A DNA stretch of 64,000 bases from contig OZ116702.1 in NCBI GenBank assembly GCA_964199315.1, forward strand, positions 10,664,001-10,728,000, written 5' to 3'. A program made the translations under genes and the position numbers. Shown here piece by piece: positions 13,946 to 25,000 of this stretch. Below the pieces are notes generated by a model. The model was given only the letters and a program-made list of their open reading frames with translations. It did no database searches and had not been told where the DNA came from. The first letter of the stretch is position 1; each line of letters begins with the position of its first letter. The DNA is from Orbicella franksi (taxonomy: Eukaryota).

Positions 13946-15895
13946 ATCCGCTGACCAGTATCACATGACCATATCGCAGGTTCAAGGTTAGGGTTCATCA
14001 AGGTCACATGTTTTTTCTTAAGTTGACCACTGACCAAGTACTGTTTTTTGATTGGATTGCAGGCTCATGTCAGGTTAACCTGTTGTAAGCTGGTTAATAC
14101 TAACACAGGATTAAAAGGTAACCAAAGTCTAAATCTTTCCTGTATACAGATGTTTTTCACTGCTTTTGTTTTGTGTAGTTTGAGATTATGCCAACTTAAA
14201 CCAGAAGGCCAAACAAGATAAACAGATAACCTCACCACCAAGGTACAAAACTAAATTATGGTACTGCTTCCATAAAATCTAACATGCAATTAATCAACAA
14301 GAATAAATCAAAAATATGAATGGCATTTGTGAATCATAAATTAGCATAAAAATGTGTAAATGTGGAATACTGTCTTCTCTAGACGAAACATAAATTTAAA
14401 TCCAGTACAGACAGTTTTTACCATAACATAACAAGTATATTACTGGTATTAGCCAGAAAAAAAGTTGTACATAGATGCTGGTTGTAATGCAAGTTTATAA
14501 ACAGAAACAATTCTTACGTAGCCACAGTGTTCAAGCCGGCATGTTTCATCTTAGCAAATCTATCCGTCCAGTAACACCTTGGAATGCGGAAATAATGCAT
14601 ATCCCCCGAAATAAACCGGAAACGCTTCCCATCTTTTAGAAACCGGTTTTCCTCAAAATCAATTTGAAAAGTTCTCTTCTTACAAATACATCCTTTCTTT
14701 TTCCTCTTCAATTTTGCATTTAAGCCCATAAACAAAGCCACCAGGAACACAAAATGAAGTGAAAAAGACCAGGAAAATTTCATAATATAACTCTAAATTT
14801 CTCTGTAAAAATTTCCATTAGTCCACTGTGTGTCAACATCACCAGGTTTGTGACTGAAGATCACTTATAAGCTAAAGATACCGTTAATTACTCCATGACA
14901 ACTTGGAGTCAATTCCATTGTTTAAACTAATTATTTATTTATTTCAAAATGGACGCTCCTGTTTTCTCAACAAGGTGAAAGGACACACCTGTGGGGAACG
15001 GTTAACATATTTGTTTTATTTGACGCAATCACCTGGTTGAAACACAAACAATAAGAGATGGTGGAAAATCGACATGAGAAATCGATCGAATAAAATTAGG
15101 GAGCACTCGGTCTTTAGCTAGCTTTTCAGTGACAAATTTTCAATTTCATTTGATAAGTCCAGCCGAGAAATTAACAGCAGGCAGGATATTTAGTTAACAG
15201 ACCCCCAGGTCACAGAAGTTTAGTTAGCAGGTAAAGTTTCTCCCCTGTTGGATAAATCGAAATAAATTTCTACGATTTAAGCTTAGTTTAGACTAGCTGA
15301 TGCTGGCTCGGTTTATTATTCACGAAAAAAAGATCCATCTATTTATTAAGATTATTTATTTTAGATGCAGATTGAAATAGTTTAAATACCTTCCGCAGTT
15401 TAAGTAAAAAGTGTATCTAAGTTTATTTTCACATTGAAAACGACGAGTCGTTACCAGCAAACTAATATTAGATCAGCCACACTGACATGGTGTACCAGTA
15501 AGAAAGAAAGGGAAAATATTGACCCTGTGCAACTCGGTTGAGCAAACAGAGCAAAAATACTTTTTCCATCGGATGACGAGGACGAACTTTCCACTGCAGA
15601 TTGCGTCATTGAAAGCTGCAGCTGATTTCACTTTTCATTGACAATCACTTCTAATACGTATAGTTGCGGTATTTAAGTTAACTCACGTTTGCAAAGTATT
15701 CAAGCCAGCCGCTGTCATTTTCGTCATTCTGTCCTTCCAGTAAACCGTTGGGACACGAAAGTAGTGCAAACTTCCCGATATGTATCGGAATGGCTTTCCA
15801 TCCTTAAGAAAGACATCGTTCTTCCAGTCTATGGTAAATGAGCCACAAGATGAATAATGGATGATTGATAACAGGACAAAAATCGAGCCCCACAT
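4953..15895 (-). CDS. GLB1L: GH35 beta-galactosidase paralog A (GLB1/GLB1L-like), isoform using distal first exon, ~674 aa
   Basis: Exons 15895-15687, 13161-13040, 12056-12028, 11645-11579, 11245-11151, 10229-10049, 9225-9004, 8539-8337, 7350-7156, 6221-5865, 5297-4953 (2025 nt, open, all GT/AG). Motifs: signal peptide, [34 protein letters not shown] (acid/base Glu), [12 protein letters not shown] (nucleophile Glu), [34 protein letters not shown]1 vs GLB1L orthology is not resolvable without a tree. Confidence 0.93.
6312..6758. mobile_element. Palindromic MITE (TAGACCATATTCGTATT... TIR family) interrupted by a SINE
   Basis: Left TIR start tagaccatactcgtatt at 6312-6328; remainder cggtattggactggaactagcttg...gaatatgaatatggccta at 6609-6758. 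An uninterrupted copy is at 25210-25381. Confidence 0.75.
6329..6608 (-). mobile_element. Full-length tRNA-derived SINE (second family)
   Basis: Minus strand reads aggaggcggcgtggccgagtcgtcagagtgtcggactcgcc...cccgggttcgagtc (Pol III A/B-box-like head), followed by a non-tRNA body and an AT-rich tail. Confidence 0.75.
7454..7616. mobile_element. Palindromic MITE
   Basis: ~55-bp inverted arms: ggccaaattttccgatatgttaaaattctaacttggctccgaggcttaggggaataaaac ... ttttatttccctaagcctcggagccaagttagaattttagtatatcggaattggcc. Confidence 0.8.
8635..8980. repeat. Dispersed non-autonomous repeat; second copy at ~14040-14255
   Basis: Shared core caggattaaaag(t/g)taa(t/c)caaag...ttttcactg...ttttgtg(c/t)(g/a)gtttgag...aactgaagg(a/c)caaacaa. 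Confidence 0.6.
9515..9900. repeat. Degenerate ~17-bp tandem array (aggcagacacctctcta)n in intron 6 of gene A
   Basis: About 20 imperfect units of gcagacacct(c/t)tctaa visible from 9515 to 9900. Confidence 0.8.
10725..11062. repeat. Dispersed repeat fragment (MITE-like)
   Basis: Contains cacagttttcctcgagctatgctgttggaaaactgtttgcttctcagaacggataatgtcc...aaatggaggctattgtctatata, recognised as a common anthozoan interspersed repeat (from memory, not searched). Confidence 0.45.
12415..12612. mobile_element. Palindromic hairpin MITE
   Basis: aagaaatagaaaacatgt...ttatagaaacac...gtttgggagaa versus ttctcccaaac...gtgtttctataac...acatgttttctatttctt form ~90-bp inverted arms. Confidence 0.8.
14518..14783 (-). 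CDS. Alternative (proximal) first coding exon of beta-galactosidase A; gives a ~693 aa isoform
   Basis: ATG at 14783; [89 protein letters not shown]. Donor AC|GTAAG at 14518/14517 is the same phase 2 as the distal first exon. No private downstream GH35 exons were found before 13161. Confidence 0.8.
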
Positions 15896-16073
15896 TGCCG
15901 CTACTGCGAAGTGTTTGCTCCGATCCTGCAAGAGCAAGTCACGTGCTAATCATCTGCCGAGCATCGCGTGACATAAATTAAGTTTCGTAACAACGTGACA
16001 TTGCTTTGACCAGACAAGGATACCATTACAATATACATCTCAACTGATATCTCAGTTTTCGTAACGCTCTGAT
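15896..16073. promoter_or_regulatory. Putative bidirectional promoter with three CLEAR/E-box-like motifs
   Basis: 178 bp between divergent ATGs (15895 minus, 16074 plus). GTCACGTGCT 15938-15947, ATCGCGTGAC 15963-15972, AACGTGAC 15992-15999. The CLEAR consensus GTCACGTGAC is established for TFEB-regulated lysosomal genes. Confidence 0.6.
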
Positions 16074-19000
16074 ATGAATCTCGCAAGATTCCTCCTCCTC
16101 GTAATAGTGTATATCATTTGCACTCAATGTCACCAAACAACAACATCCCGGTCATTTATCGTTGACTACGAAAACAACGTTTTCCTCAAAGATGGAAAAC
16201 CATTCCGCTACATCTCGGGAAGCATTCATTATTTTAGAGTTCCTCGGACCTACTGGTACGACAGGCTGTTGAAGATGAAGGCCGCCGGACTAAACGCCAT
16301 ACAAACGTGAGTAGACTGAGTATGGTTTACTTTTCAAAGGGTACACAGGCAATTTCTGTACAAGGCTAAGTTTTTTTTGTGGCGCGCAACGGCCAGATTG
16401 TATGGAGGAAAGTAAGGGGGGATGTAACAATATCATCCGAGCGTTTGCGTATTAAATTAAAGGATGTCGTTACTGCGTGATTTTTTTTTTCTTCCTCCGG
16501 AAATGGGGAATTCCGTTATCTCCGGCCGGGTGCTTGCACAACTACGTAGCTGTTGATCATTTAGACATTCCTTTCTCCGGTGTCGTGGGGAGATTCTTGT
16601 TCCGGGATGGAGGGGGATCCTTTGATATTTGTCTGTGTTATCTGTGGTAGATGTGCTATAATCTTGTCTCATGGCCGGGACAAATGTTTCACCACACCCC
16701 CACGGGATTTAGTGGGTGTTTGCGATCCAAACTTTGAAACCTATGCCCAATTTCAGACCAAAATCTGTGACTTTCCATACCCCATTTCAGACCTCTAAAG
16801 TTAGTGCTTTGCTCTTATATATGACCGCAGCTAACCAGAATTGGCTTCCATTTGTGTAACCATTTGAAAATCGAAGGGCTACAAATTTGCCAATGTTGAT
16901 GCGGAGAAAAAATAGTGCCATGTAAACAAAATACCCGATACCAAGCCAGAGTGAAAAACATACTCTATTTCAGACCAGAAGGGATCAAAAACCATACCCT
17001 TTGGGGCCGCACATACCCATATAGCCCATAGAATGGAGTACCCCAGACCTCCACGGCGCGCTAGAGAAAAGAAAAATGTTTTGTATTGCAGATACGTTGC
17101 CTGGCAGGTTCATGAGCGAGTTGAAGGAGAGTATGACTTTGAGGGAGAAAATGACTTTGTGAACTTCACTAAAATTGCGGGTTCTCTGGGCCTTCTGGTG
17201 ATTATTAGAGCAGGTAAGAAAAAACTATGGATTGAGAAAACTTCTAATGAAACGTGTTAACGCGAGGTGGCTTACTAGCAAGTTGCCCTCTGTCAATGAA
17301 GAAGAACATGATCCATCTGACAATTGAAATTGCGCAAGAAGATAAAATAGTGTTTTTGTGTCGTTGTTGTTGGTGGTGGTGTTTGTTCTTTGGTTTGTTT
17401 GCTTGCTTTGCGATCTCGTTGGGAAGTCAATCATTACCGCTACGTAACTGTGGGTGGCGCGGTGGCGCGGTGGCCTCATGGTTAGCGCGCTCGACTCCGG
17501 ATTGTGCGGTCTGGGTTCGAGCCCTGGCTGGGAACATCGTATTTCTTGGGCAATACACTTTACTCTCACAGTACCACTCTCCACCCAGGTGCATAAATGG
17601 GTAGCGGTGAATTGAATGCCGGGGGTAACCCTGCGATGGACTATCATCCCATCCAGGGGTGAGCAGAAATACTCCTGGTCGCTTCATGCTACAGAAACCG
17701 AGGGTGCTTTCCATGATACCAGACCGACCGGTCAGAAACCAGTGGGTCTACACGAGGAAAAATGCAACGACATTTTCCTATCAAGCCGGGCCAACCGAGA
17801 AGAATGGCTCTTACTATTTTTTGTTCCTTTCCTGAATTCCCTACATAACTGAAATCTACTGAAGTGAAGTAGGGTAGCGGCTTGTCAAAATGGAACGCCA
17901 AATCTCGGTCCGACCTGTCCGATCGATCAAATTGGACCACCTCCAGAGGTGGTCCCAAATATTCCGATCGGATCGAAACGAAAATGACCTTTCCATTTGA
18001 CTTCCGACCGAAATTTCCGAAATTTTGGCATAATGGAAAGCACTCCAGGATATAAGCTCCGGCCTTGGCTCGTATACATACTTTACCTTTACCTTACATC
18101 TATGTAACAGATAACGTGTTTCTCTTTCAGGTCCTTTTATTGCTGCCGAGCGAGATATGGTAGGTACAGTGCAACGCTTAAAAGTTTTTATTGTACTAAC
18201 TCTCGACCCGTTATAATACATCTTCGGAGACCCAGGGGCAACTAGTTAGAGGAGGGGGGGTCAATATAATCTGGCAAAAATTGACGAAAGTTTCCAAGGA
18301 AAAAGGCGTCAATAGCCCCTACTAGTAAACCTTTCGTTGCTTCAATTTGTGCCAAATTTACTTCGTCCGCCCCAACTAACCGCCCCTGGATCTCCGAGGA
18401 TGGTTAAAATCAAGAAAGAAAAGGGAATCTTCGGCAATCAGAACGTATTGAGTATAGTTGTTGCGTCACATCAACACAATAACACCTGTCCTAGGTATTG
18501 TATGTGTTCGCGTTATACCATAGAAGACTATTTTGAGACTTTTCTGCCTAACAGAAAAGCAAAATTAACCTACTGTAAACGGTAATGTGGGTGATGTAAC
18601 GTGAAGAATGCTTTGCAATTCTTTGCAGGGTGGCTTTCCTCCTTGGTTGCTGAAAAACTACACGGCAGAATATTCCCCTCGTTTTAGAACGCTATCGAAC
18701 ACTGGTGAGTCAATGATATGATGACCAACCAACTAACTCTGGTTTTTAGTCTCAAGTGTGATCAAAGTAACAACTATCCTTACAGATCGCAATACATTTC
18801 ACTTCGTTTTCAGTTTTGAGAGTTTGGAACATCAATTAAAACTCACTTTGTTATTGATCCCTCGACAGCATACATGAGTGCAGTGGACAGATGGATGAAA
18901 GTCTTGCTGCCAAAAATAAAACCTTTGGTATATTCTAATGGTGGACCTGTTATCGCTGTTCAGGTGCGGAGATAACTCACAGGACACAAATGTTATTATT

Positions 19001-22000
19001 TCAAACAATACGTGTCCATAAATATCTGCAGATGACACCCGTGAATTCAGTTGAGAAGCGGCATATTCGCCCTACGCTGTAAGAGGGCCGCTCCCTGTAA
19101 ATTCTCCATTATGTCATATTTGGAAGGTTAAATGGTCGAAGCCCTATAGACTGTGGAATAATTTTGAAAGAACTGAGATTTTTCAGGTTTTTCTGACCAG
19201 CCAGTGAAACATCGATTTTAAAATGAGTATGCACATTTGATCTATTTTGTTACTACCGACTGCGGAATATTTCATAAATTGCTTTAGCTTCTAGGACCTT
19301 ACATAAGAAGAGCCAAAACACTTTATCTTTCTTTCTGCACAGAGGAGCAAGAAAAGACTCATTTTCACTTTCGTCTACCCGCCCGTCCGCATCGATGCCC
19401 TTGCCCTCTCCCCCGCCCCTCCCCCCCACCCCCTTCAATTCGTTTATTCTTGCAAGAAAGGTCCATCTTAACTCTCCCTCGGTTTTATTTAGCACCGGCA
19501 TCCAGACTCACCCCTGGGGCGGGGGGCGCGTTGAATTCCTCAGTATTTGTAGAGCGTCATACCTGAAACACGATCACTCAACTGTTTGAAATCAGCCCGT
19601 TTCTCTTTTCAGGTAGAAAACGAGTATGGTTCTATAGAACAGTGCGATCACCAGTACTTGGCACATTTACAAGATCTGTTTATGACATATCTTGGCAAGG
19701 ATGTCGTTCTTTTCACAAACAACGGCTGTGCCAACAGAATGCTGGAGTGTGGAACGCTGCCCGGAATGCTTTCCACGCTGGATTTTGGCGGAGGTTATGT
19801 AAAACATTCCTTAGCGAGTATTCTTCTGAGAGGATATTCTGTTAAAAAAGGTAGTACAAACCTGGCAAATTCTGCAGCGTAATTTTGTTCATCATGATTT
19901 GGCGATAGACAAGGGGACGCACCCACTCTTTCGTTTTAGGACAATATAGTTAAAAATCCGCCCAAACCCAAGTCACTTGTTGTACGTAGACGAAGCAGAC
20001 GTTCCAACAGTCGTATAAAATCAGCTTGGCTAGTGTGGTAGATACCAATGAGTTGGAACCAGAGACATAGTACCTCATGTTTACTTCGCCCTGGATTTGT
20101 TGTTCGAGAGCGAGAAACTGGCAGTAACTTTAAAACGTGTGAACCCTTCTGGACTTTTTTATCAATACATTTCATAACAGGTATTTTCATTTCAACAATA
20201 GCCATTACTGAGATATAACAATTGTTCAGTATGTAAAACTGACCTTTAGCATAAGTAGGTGTAAGGACCGCGATAAATTTAACAAATTGACGTCAGTTTT
20301 TTATGCGTCTGTCCTGTTATTGATCATGAGTTTCGTCATAATGACGTAGCTGTGGATAAACTCGGCTGTCAGCTGAATGGATCCGCAGACTACTTCGACA
20401 AAGTTATGACGAAATTCATTGTCAATAACAGGACAGACTCATGAAAAACTGACGTCGTTTTCTTTTTTAATAGCAACATCGCATAACTTATAAATTCAGG
20501 CGCTTGTCCACTTATATTACTAACAATGAAAATTAGCGAATATAATGAGCTTGCGAGATTTTCTGCAGTTATTGTAAAAAGGCTTATACTATACAAGATA
20601 AATGCATTACAGCTCTTATGAGAAGTGGTCAGTCTTCTTTCATCACAATCAACGTGGTTTTTCCGCCTCATAAACTGTCTTTCTCGCTGGACTGTTTCTG
20701 TAAACGACGCGCAAGCTTGTGTGTTTTGATTTCCTTGTTTCGGTAGGAAACCCTGGAGAAGAGTGCTTTAAAAACCAGAGATACTTTCAACCCTCTGGTC
20801 CCTTGGTCAACTCGGAGTTCTATCCTGGATGGATAAACAATTGGGGAATCCCTTTCCAGCGCCGGGATGCAGACACTGTGGCCAAGAACCTCGACAGTTT
20901 GTTGAGCGCTAATATCTCCGTGAACGTGTACATGTTTCACGGAGGAACAAATTTTGGATTCATGAACGGTATTGTATTCAATGGATTCTTTTACTTTGTG
21001 ATAATTGCTTCTTCGATCGAGCATAGTTGAATGGTATCGAGCATAGGGAAAAAGTCAAGAAGCCCGGTAAACATCAAAGAAGCAAACAAATGGACTAAGA
21101 TTTATGTTGGAAGTTCCTTGACCCTGCACGTCTTTTGTTTTATACTCATTGACTATGCGTTAATTACATAATAGTAATGCTTCTATTGGTTAGTCGTATG
21201 AGCACGCATAACCACCTTTTGTATTTTGCCAGGTTTTGTGCAGGGTCAACCCCCAAAATAACCAACAAAACAATACAACAAAGAACTTTGCCAGGTTTTC
21301 TAACCGTTTCCCTCTATTAACTATGAATCGAGACACCCTACCGAGTCATGCTTCCCAAGCTTTACACAAACACCACTATCGTACTCTAGACAAAATGGTT
21401 TGTAAGAAACTGTGATAGTGCGTCACAGGACAAGTGAAACATCTACCACAAGATGGCGTCTCTAATCTGCAGAGGAAAAAGAACGCTCAGTAAAGTGTTC
21501 TCTTTGATTTCCCACAAAGATTAAGTTAACCTTTTTCAAAGTGATAACTAACTTGTGTTTCTTTACATTTTCTCTAATTGAGTAGAGTCGAACCTCCATT
21601 AACGGCCACCTCCCTACAACGGCCACCTCCTTACAACGGCCAACTCCCTACAACGGCCACCTCCCTACAACGGCCACCTCCCTACAACGGCCACCTCCCT
21701 ACAACGGCCAACTCCCTACAACGGCCACCTCCCTACAACGGCCACCTCCCTACAACGGCCACCTCCCTACAACGGCCACCTCCCTACAACGGCCACCTCC
21801 CTACAACGGTCATCTCTTTACAACGGCCACTTTTTTCGTCCTTGCGGATGGTCCATACATTCACTCTTACTTGAACCTCTCTACAACGGCCAACTTTCCA
21901 CAGCGGCAACGGCCACTAAACCGCGCCCTGAACTATCAGAATAACTTCTTCACAACGGCCAATTAATCAACGACTGGTGAATGGTGTTTCCCAGTTCCCG

Positions 22001-25000
22001 TGTTATGTTGTAAAAGGTCATGAGACTTGATCCGTACCGCGCGTCGTTGGTCTCTGTTTTATTGATATATTTTGATTGTGTTAGGTATTTCTATGCTACA
22101 GCCAGTATTTTTTAAATATAGAAATGGTGTACCCCCCGAAAGCTAGGGATGAAATCTGGGTATTATTTGTGCCTGGAACTCTACCCCGGAAATCTACCAG
22201 TAAAATTGTATCATTTAATTACACAGTGAAACGTTACAGAGAGGTGGCCGTTATGGGGAGTAGGGGTGTAATATGACACCAGTTTTTAGCGAAGGAGGAT
22301 GCGTTAAAAAAACAAGTCTTGACATTCTTTTTTGATATCGGGCAATAAAATATCTTTACTATTAACTCTATCTTCTTCTTCTTCTTCTTCTTCTTCTTCT
22401 TCTTCTTCTTCTTGATGAGGAAGACCTCCTTACATATATAGTTGTTCTCATGCAGGTGCCAACATAGGCAAAGTCTACGAACCTCAGATAACAAGCTATG
22501 ACTATGATGCACCAATCAGTGAAGCTGGGGACCCCACACACAAATACCTGGTCATGAGAGAAGTGATCTTGAAACACCAGGGAGTCCCGCCAATGCCTGT
22601 TCCTCCACCAACTACTAAGCACGCTTATGGAGCCATAAATATGACCAAGGTGCAATTGTTAGTAGGATAATGAAACTTAAGTATAACGCGGCTTCCAAGA
22701 TTTTTTTTCGCTTGGGATATCAACATCCTGTGGAAACAGAGAAAAACGCTCCCAATGTAACATAGATTTCAATCTCTGCATCTACTTCCAATTTGTTCGT
22801 AAGGAAATGAAGTCGCGATGTCAGGAGGAGAGATGATGTGGTGGGTAACGCCGGCTGAATTTGATATCGGCAAAGCAAAGCTCCTGCTCAATAATCGTGT
22901 TTCTGTTTTGATCTTCTGATGCGTTACGTTATGCTATACGTGTGTTTGGTTGTGTTGCTGCCGGTTGAGTTGTGCCGTTCTTTTGTGCTGCAATGGGTTG
23001 TGTCGTATTGAATTGGGGTATATTATATTGTATAGCATTGCGCAGAAAACCTGAAAACCTGTCGTCGTTCATATGTTTTTTTTTTTCTTTCAGATTTACT
23101 ACACTTATTTTGTCAAAATCCTCATGTCAGCTTTGTTTTCTCTTTTCAGGTGGCTTCGTTGTTTGAAGTCTTGGAAGAACTCTCTCCTGTTGGCCCAATA
23201 AAATCTCAGTTTCCCCAAACCATGGAGAATGTTGGACAAAACTATGGCTTTATGTTGTACCGGACTCAGATTCCTTCAAAGTATGCCAACAAACAGGTGG
23301 AGCTGGAAATCGCAGGATTGCGAGACCGGGGAATTATCTTTGTTGGACAGGTATATCGCGATTTTACTTTTTTCGTTTAGTGAACCCAGCATCTACCCTT
23401 TAGAGTTTAAGAGGCTTTACGAATACGTGCATATGTCTTTATTTTTCCTTTTAAAAGGAGAGTTGCTAACCCGTTATTTTCAAAATCAACAAAAAATTAT
23501 ACAAATGCATTTGTTTACAAAGTCCGTTATTTTAGGGCTCTGATCTGACTTCAAGGTACTGTGCTATGTTTCTGACCAAGGTACGTACACTGGCAGTTTC
23601 TCCTGCCCCTTAGGTTTAAAAATGGGTAAAGAAGGATTGTTATGGTAACATGACAAAAACTTGCCGAGGGATTAACCTCCATTCCATCCGGAGGAAATCG
23701 GATATTCTTCGGCTGAACGAGAAGAGAGGACACCCGGGGAACCCAGAGAGAAACCCTGGGTCTGGGATTCGAACCCGCGCGACATGGGTGGGAGGCGAAG
23801 TTTCTCAACAAAGCGAGGTCAGCTGCAGGACCAAGTGTCATTTACTCCAGAAATTGGTTTGAAACCGAGGGCAACTGTGGAAAATTACTATTGCTTCCTG
23901 CATGTTATAGGTGCGACAGGCAACCTTACACCGATCAGGCCCGAACAGTACAATGTTAACCATTGAAAGAAGTCTAACACTGGACATATTGGTGGAGAAC
24001 CAAGGTCATCATACAGGGAGCTCTGACATGCAGGATCCCAAAGGAATTGTTGGAAATGTGACCATTAACAAGGAGATCCTCACCAGCTGGGAAATGTACC
24101 CGCTGAACTTAGACAACATTACTGGGTGGGAAAAACCGCAGATTCATTCCACAAGTAAAGTGGGTGATACCTTCACGCCTACATTTTATTCAGGATTAAT
24201 TTTTCCCACACCAGATGGCATCCCAAAAGACACATTCATAAGGTTTCGGAATTGGCATAAGGTATGGTTGCATATTCGCTAATTAACCTAAAGCCCAGAG
24301 GCCAGTTTCTCGAAGGTCCCAAAAAGTTTTCACACCCGAAAACCCATAACAAAATCTCAAACTTCATGACTACAGAGCTGTTTTATTCACATATTCTTAA
24401 TATGAACAAAGGTTCCCTTCATACAAGAAGTTTCCGGCGTATACACCTCTCTGTCTTTAAAAACCGATTAACTAAAAATGGCTTTGTGGGCCCGCTAGGT
24501 TTCCGGGGCTTTCGAGAAACAGGTCCCAGTTCAGACGTCGCGCTGAGTCGTTTTTCTACCGTGCTAAATTAGAACCCACGTTTTGCACGGCAGAAAAACG
24601 ACTCTGTTTCGGACGTAGTGCCAGTGTCGTACCAAATTCAGGATTTACTGAAGCCACAAACAGTTCTCCTTGTTACGCCCGCTGGAACGCCATACCGCCA
24701 AAGTACCTAAGTATTATTTTTGACCTTTGTTTAGGGCGGCAGAAGCACTACGTTTGAATCGCTGCCATGCCAGAGTCGTGCCAGCACGTCAGAGCTTGTC
24801 GAACGTAACTGCTTGAACAGTGCTGGCCGAACATAATTGAAATGTTTTATTCAGATGCCGTGCTTCTGCCGGACGCGTGCTGTTCTCGAACTTATTCCTG
24901 AATCTAGTTCGGCACGGCAGAAGCACGACGTCTCAAGTAGGCCTTTCAGACAAATTTCACGTCGTACGGCGGATTGGCACAGCACAACCTTGTCCCAAGA

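Noticed and set aside
17453-17530. tRNA-like sequences here and at 6530-6608
   Set aside because: A/B-box heads run directly into SINE bodies and tails with no proper acceptor stem or terminator, so these are SINEs, not tRNA genes.
21578-21874. ORF with 17-aa repeats ([17 protein letters not shown]); array superficially CRISPR-like
   Set aside because: It is the translation of a 17-bp tandem repeat (3 units = 17 codons) inside an intron. There are no unique spacers and no cas genes.
22234-22655. Poly-Lys and poly-Arg ORFs
   Set aside because: Artefacts of the (CTT)14 microsatellite read on the strand opposite gene B.
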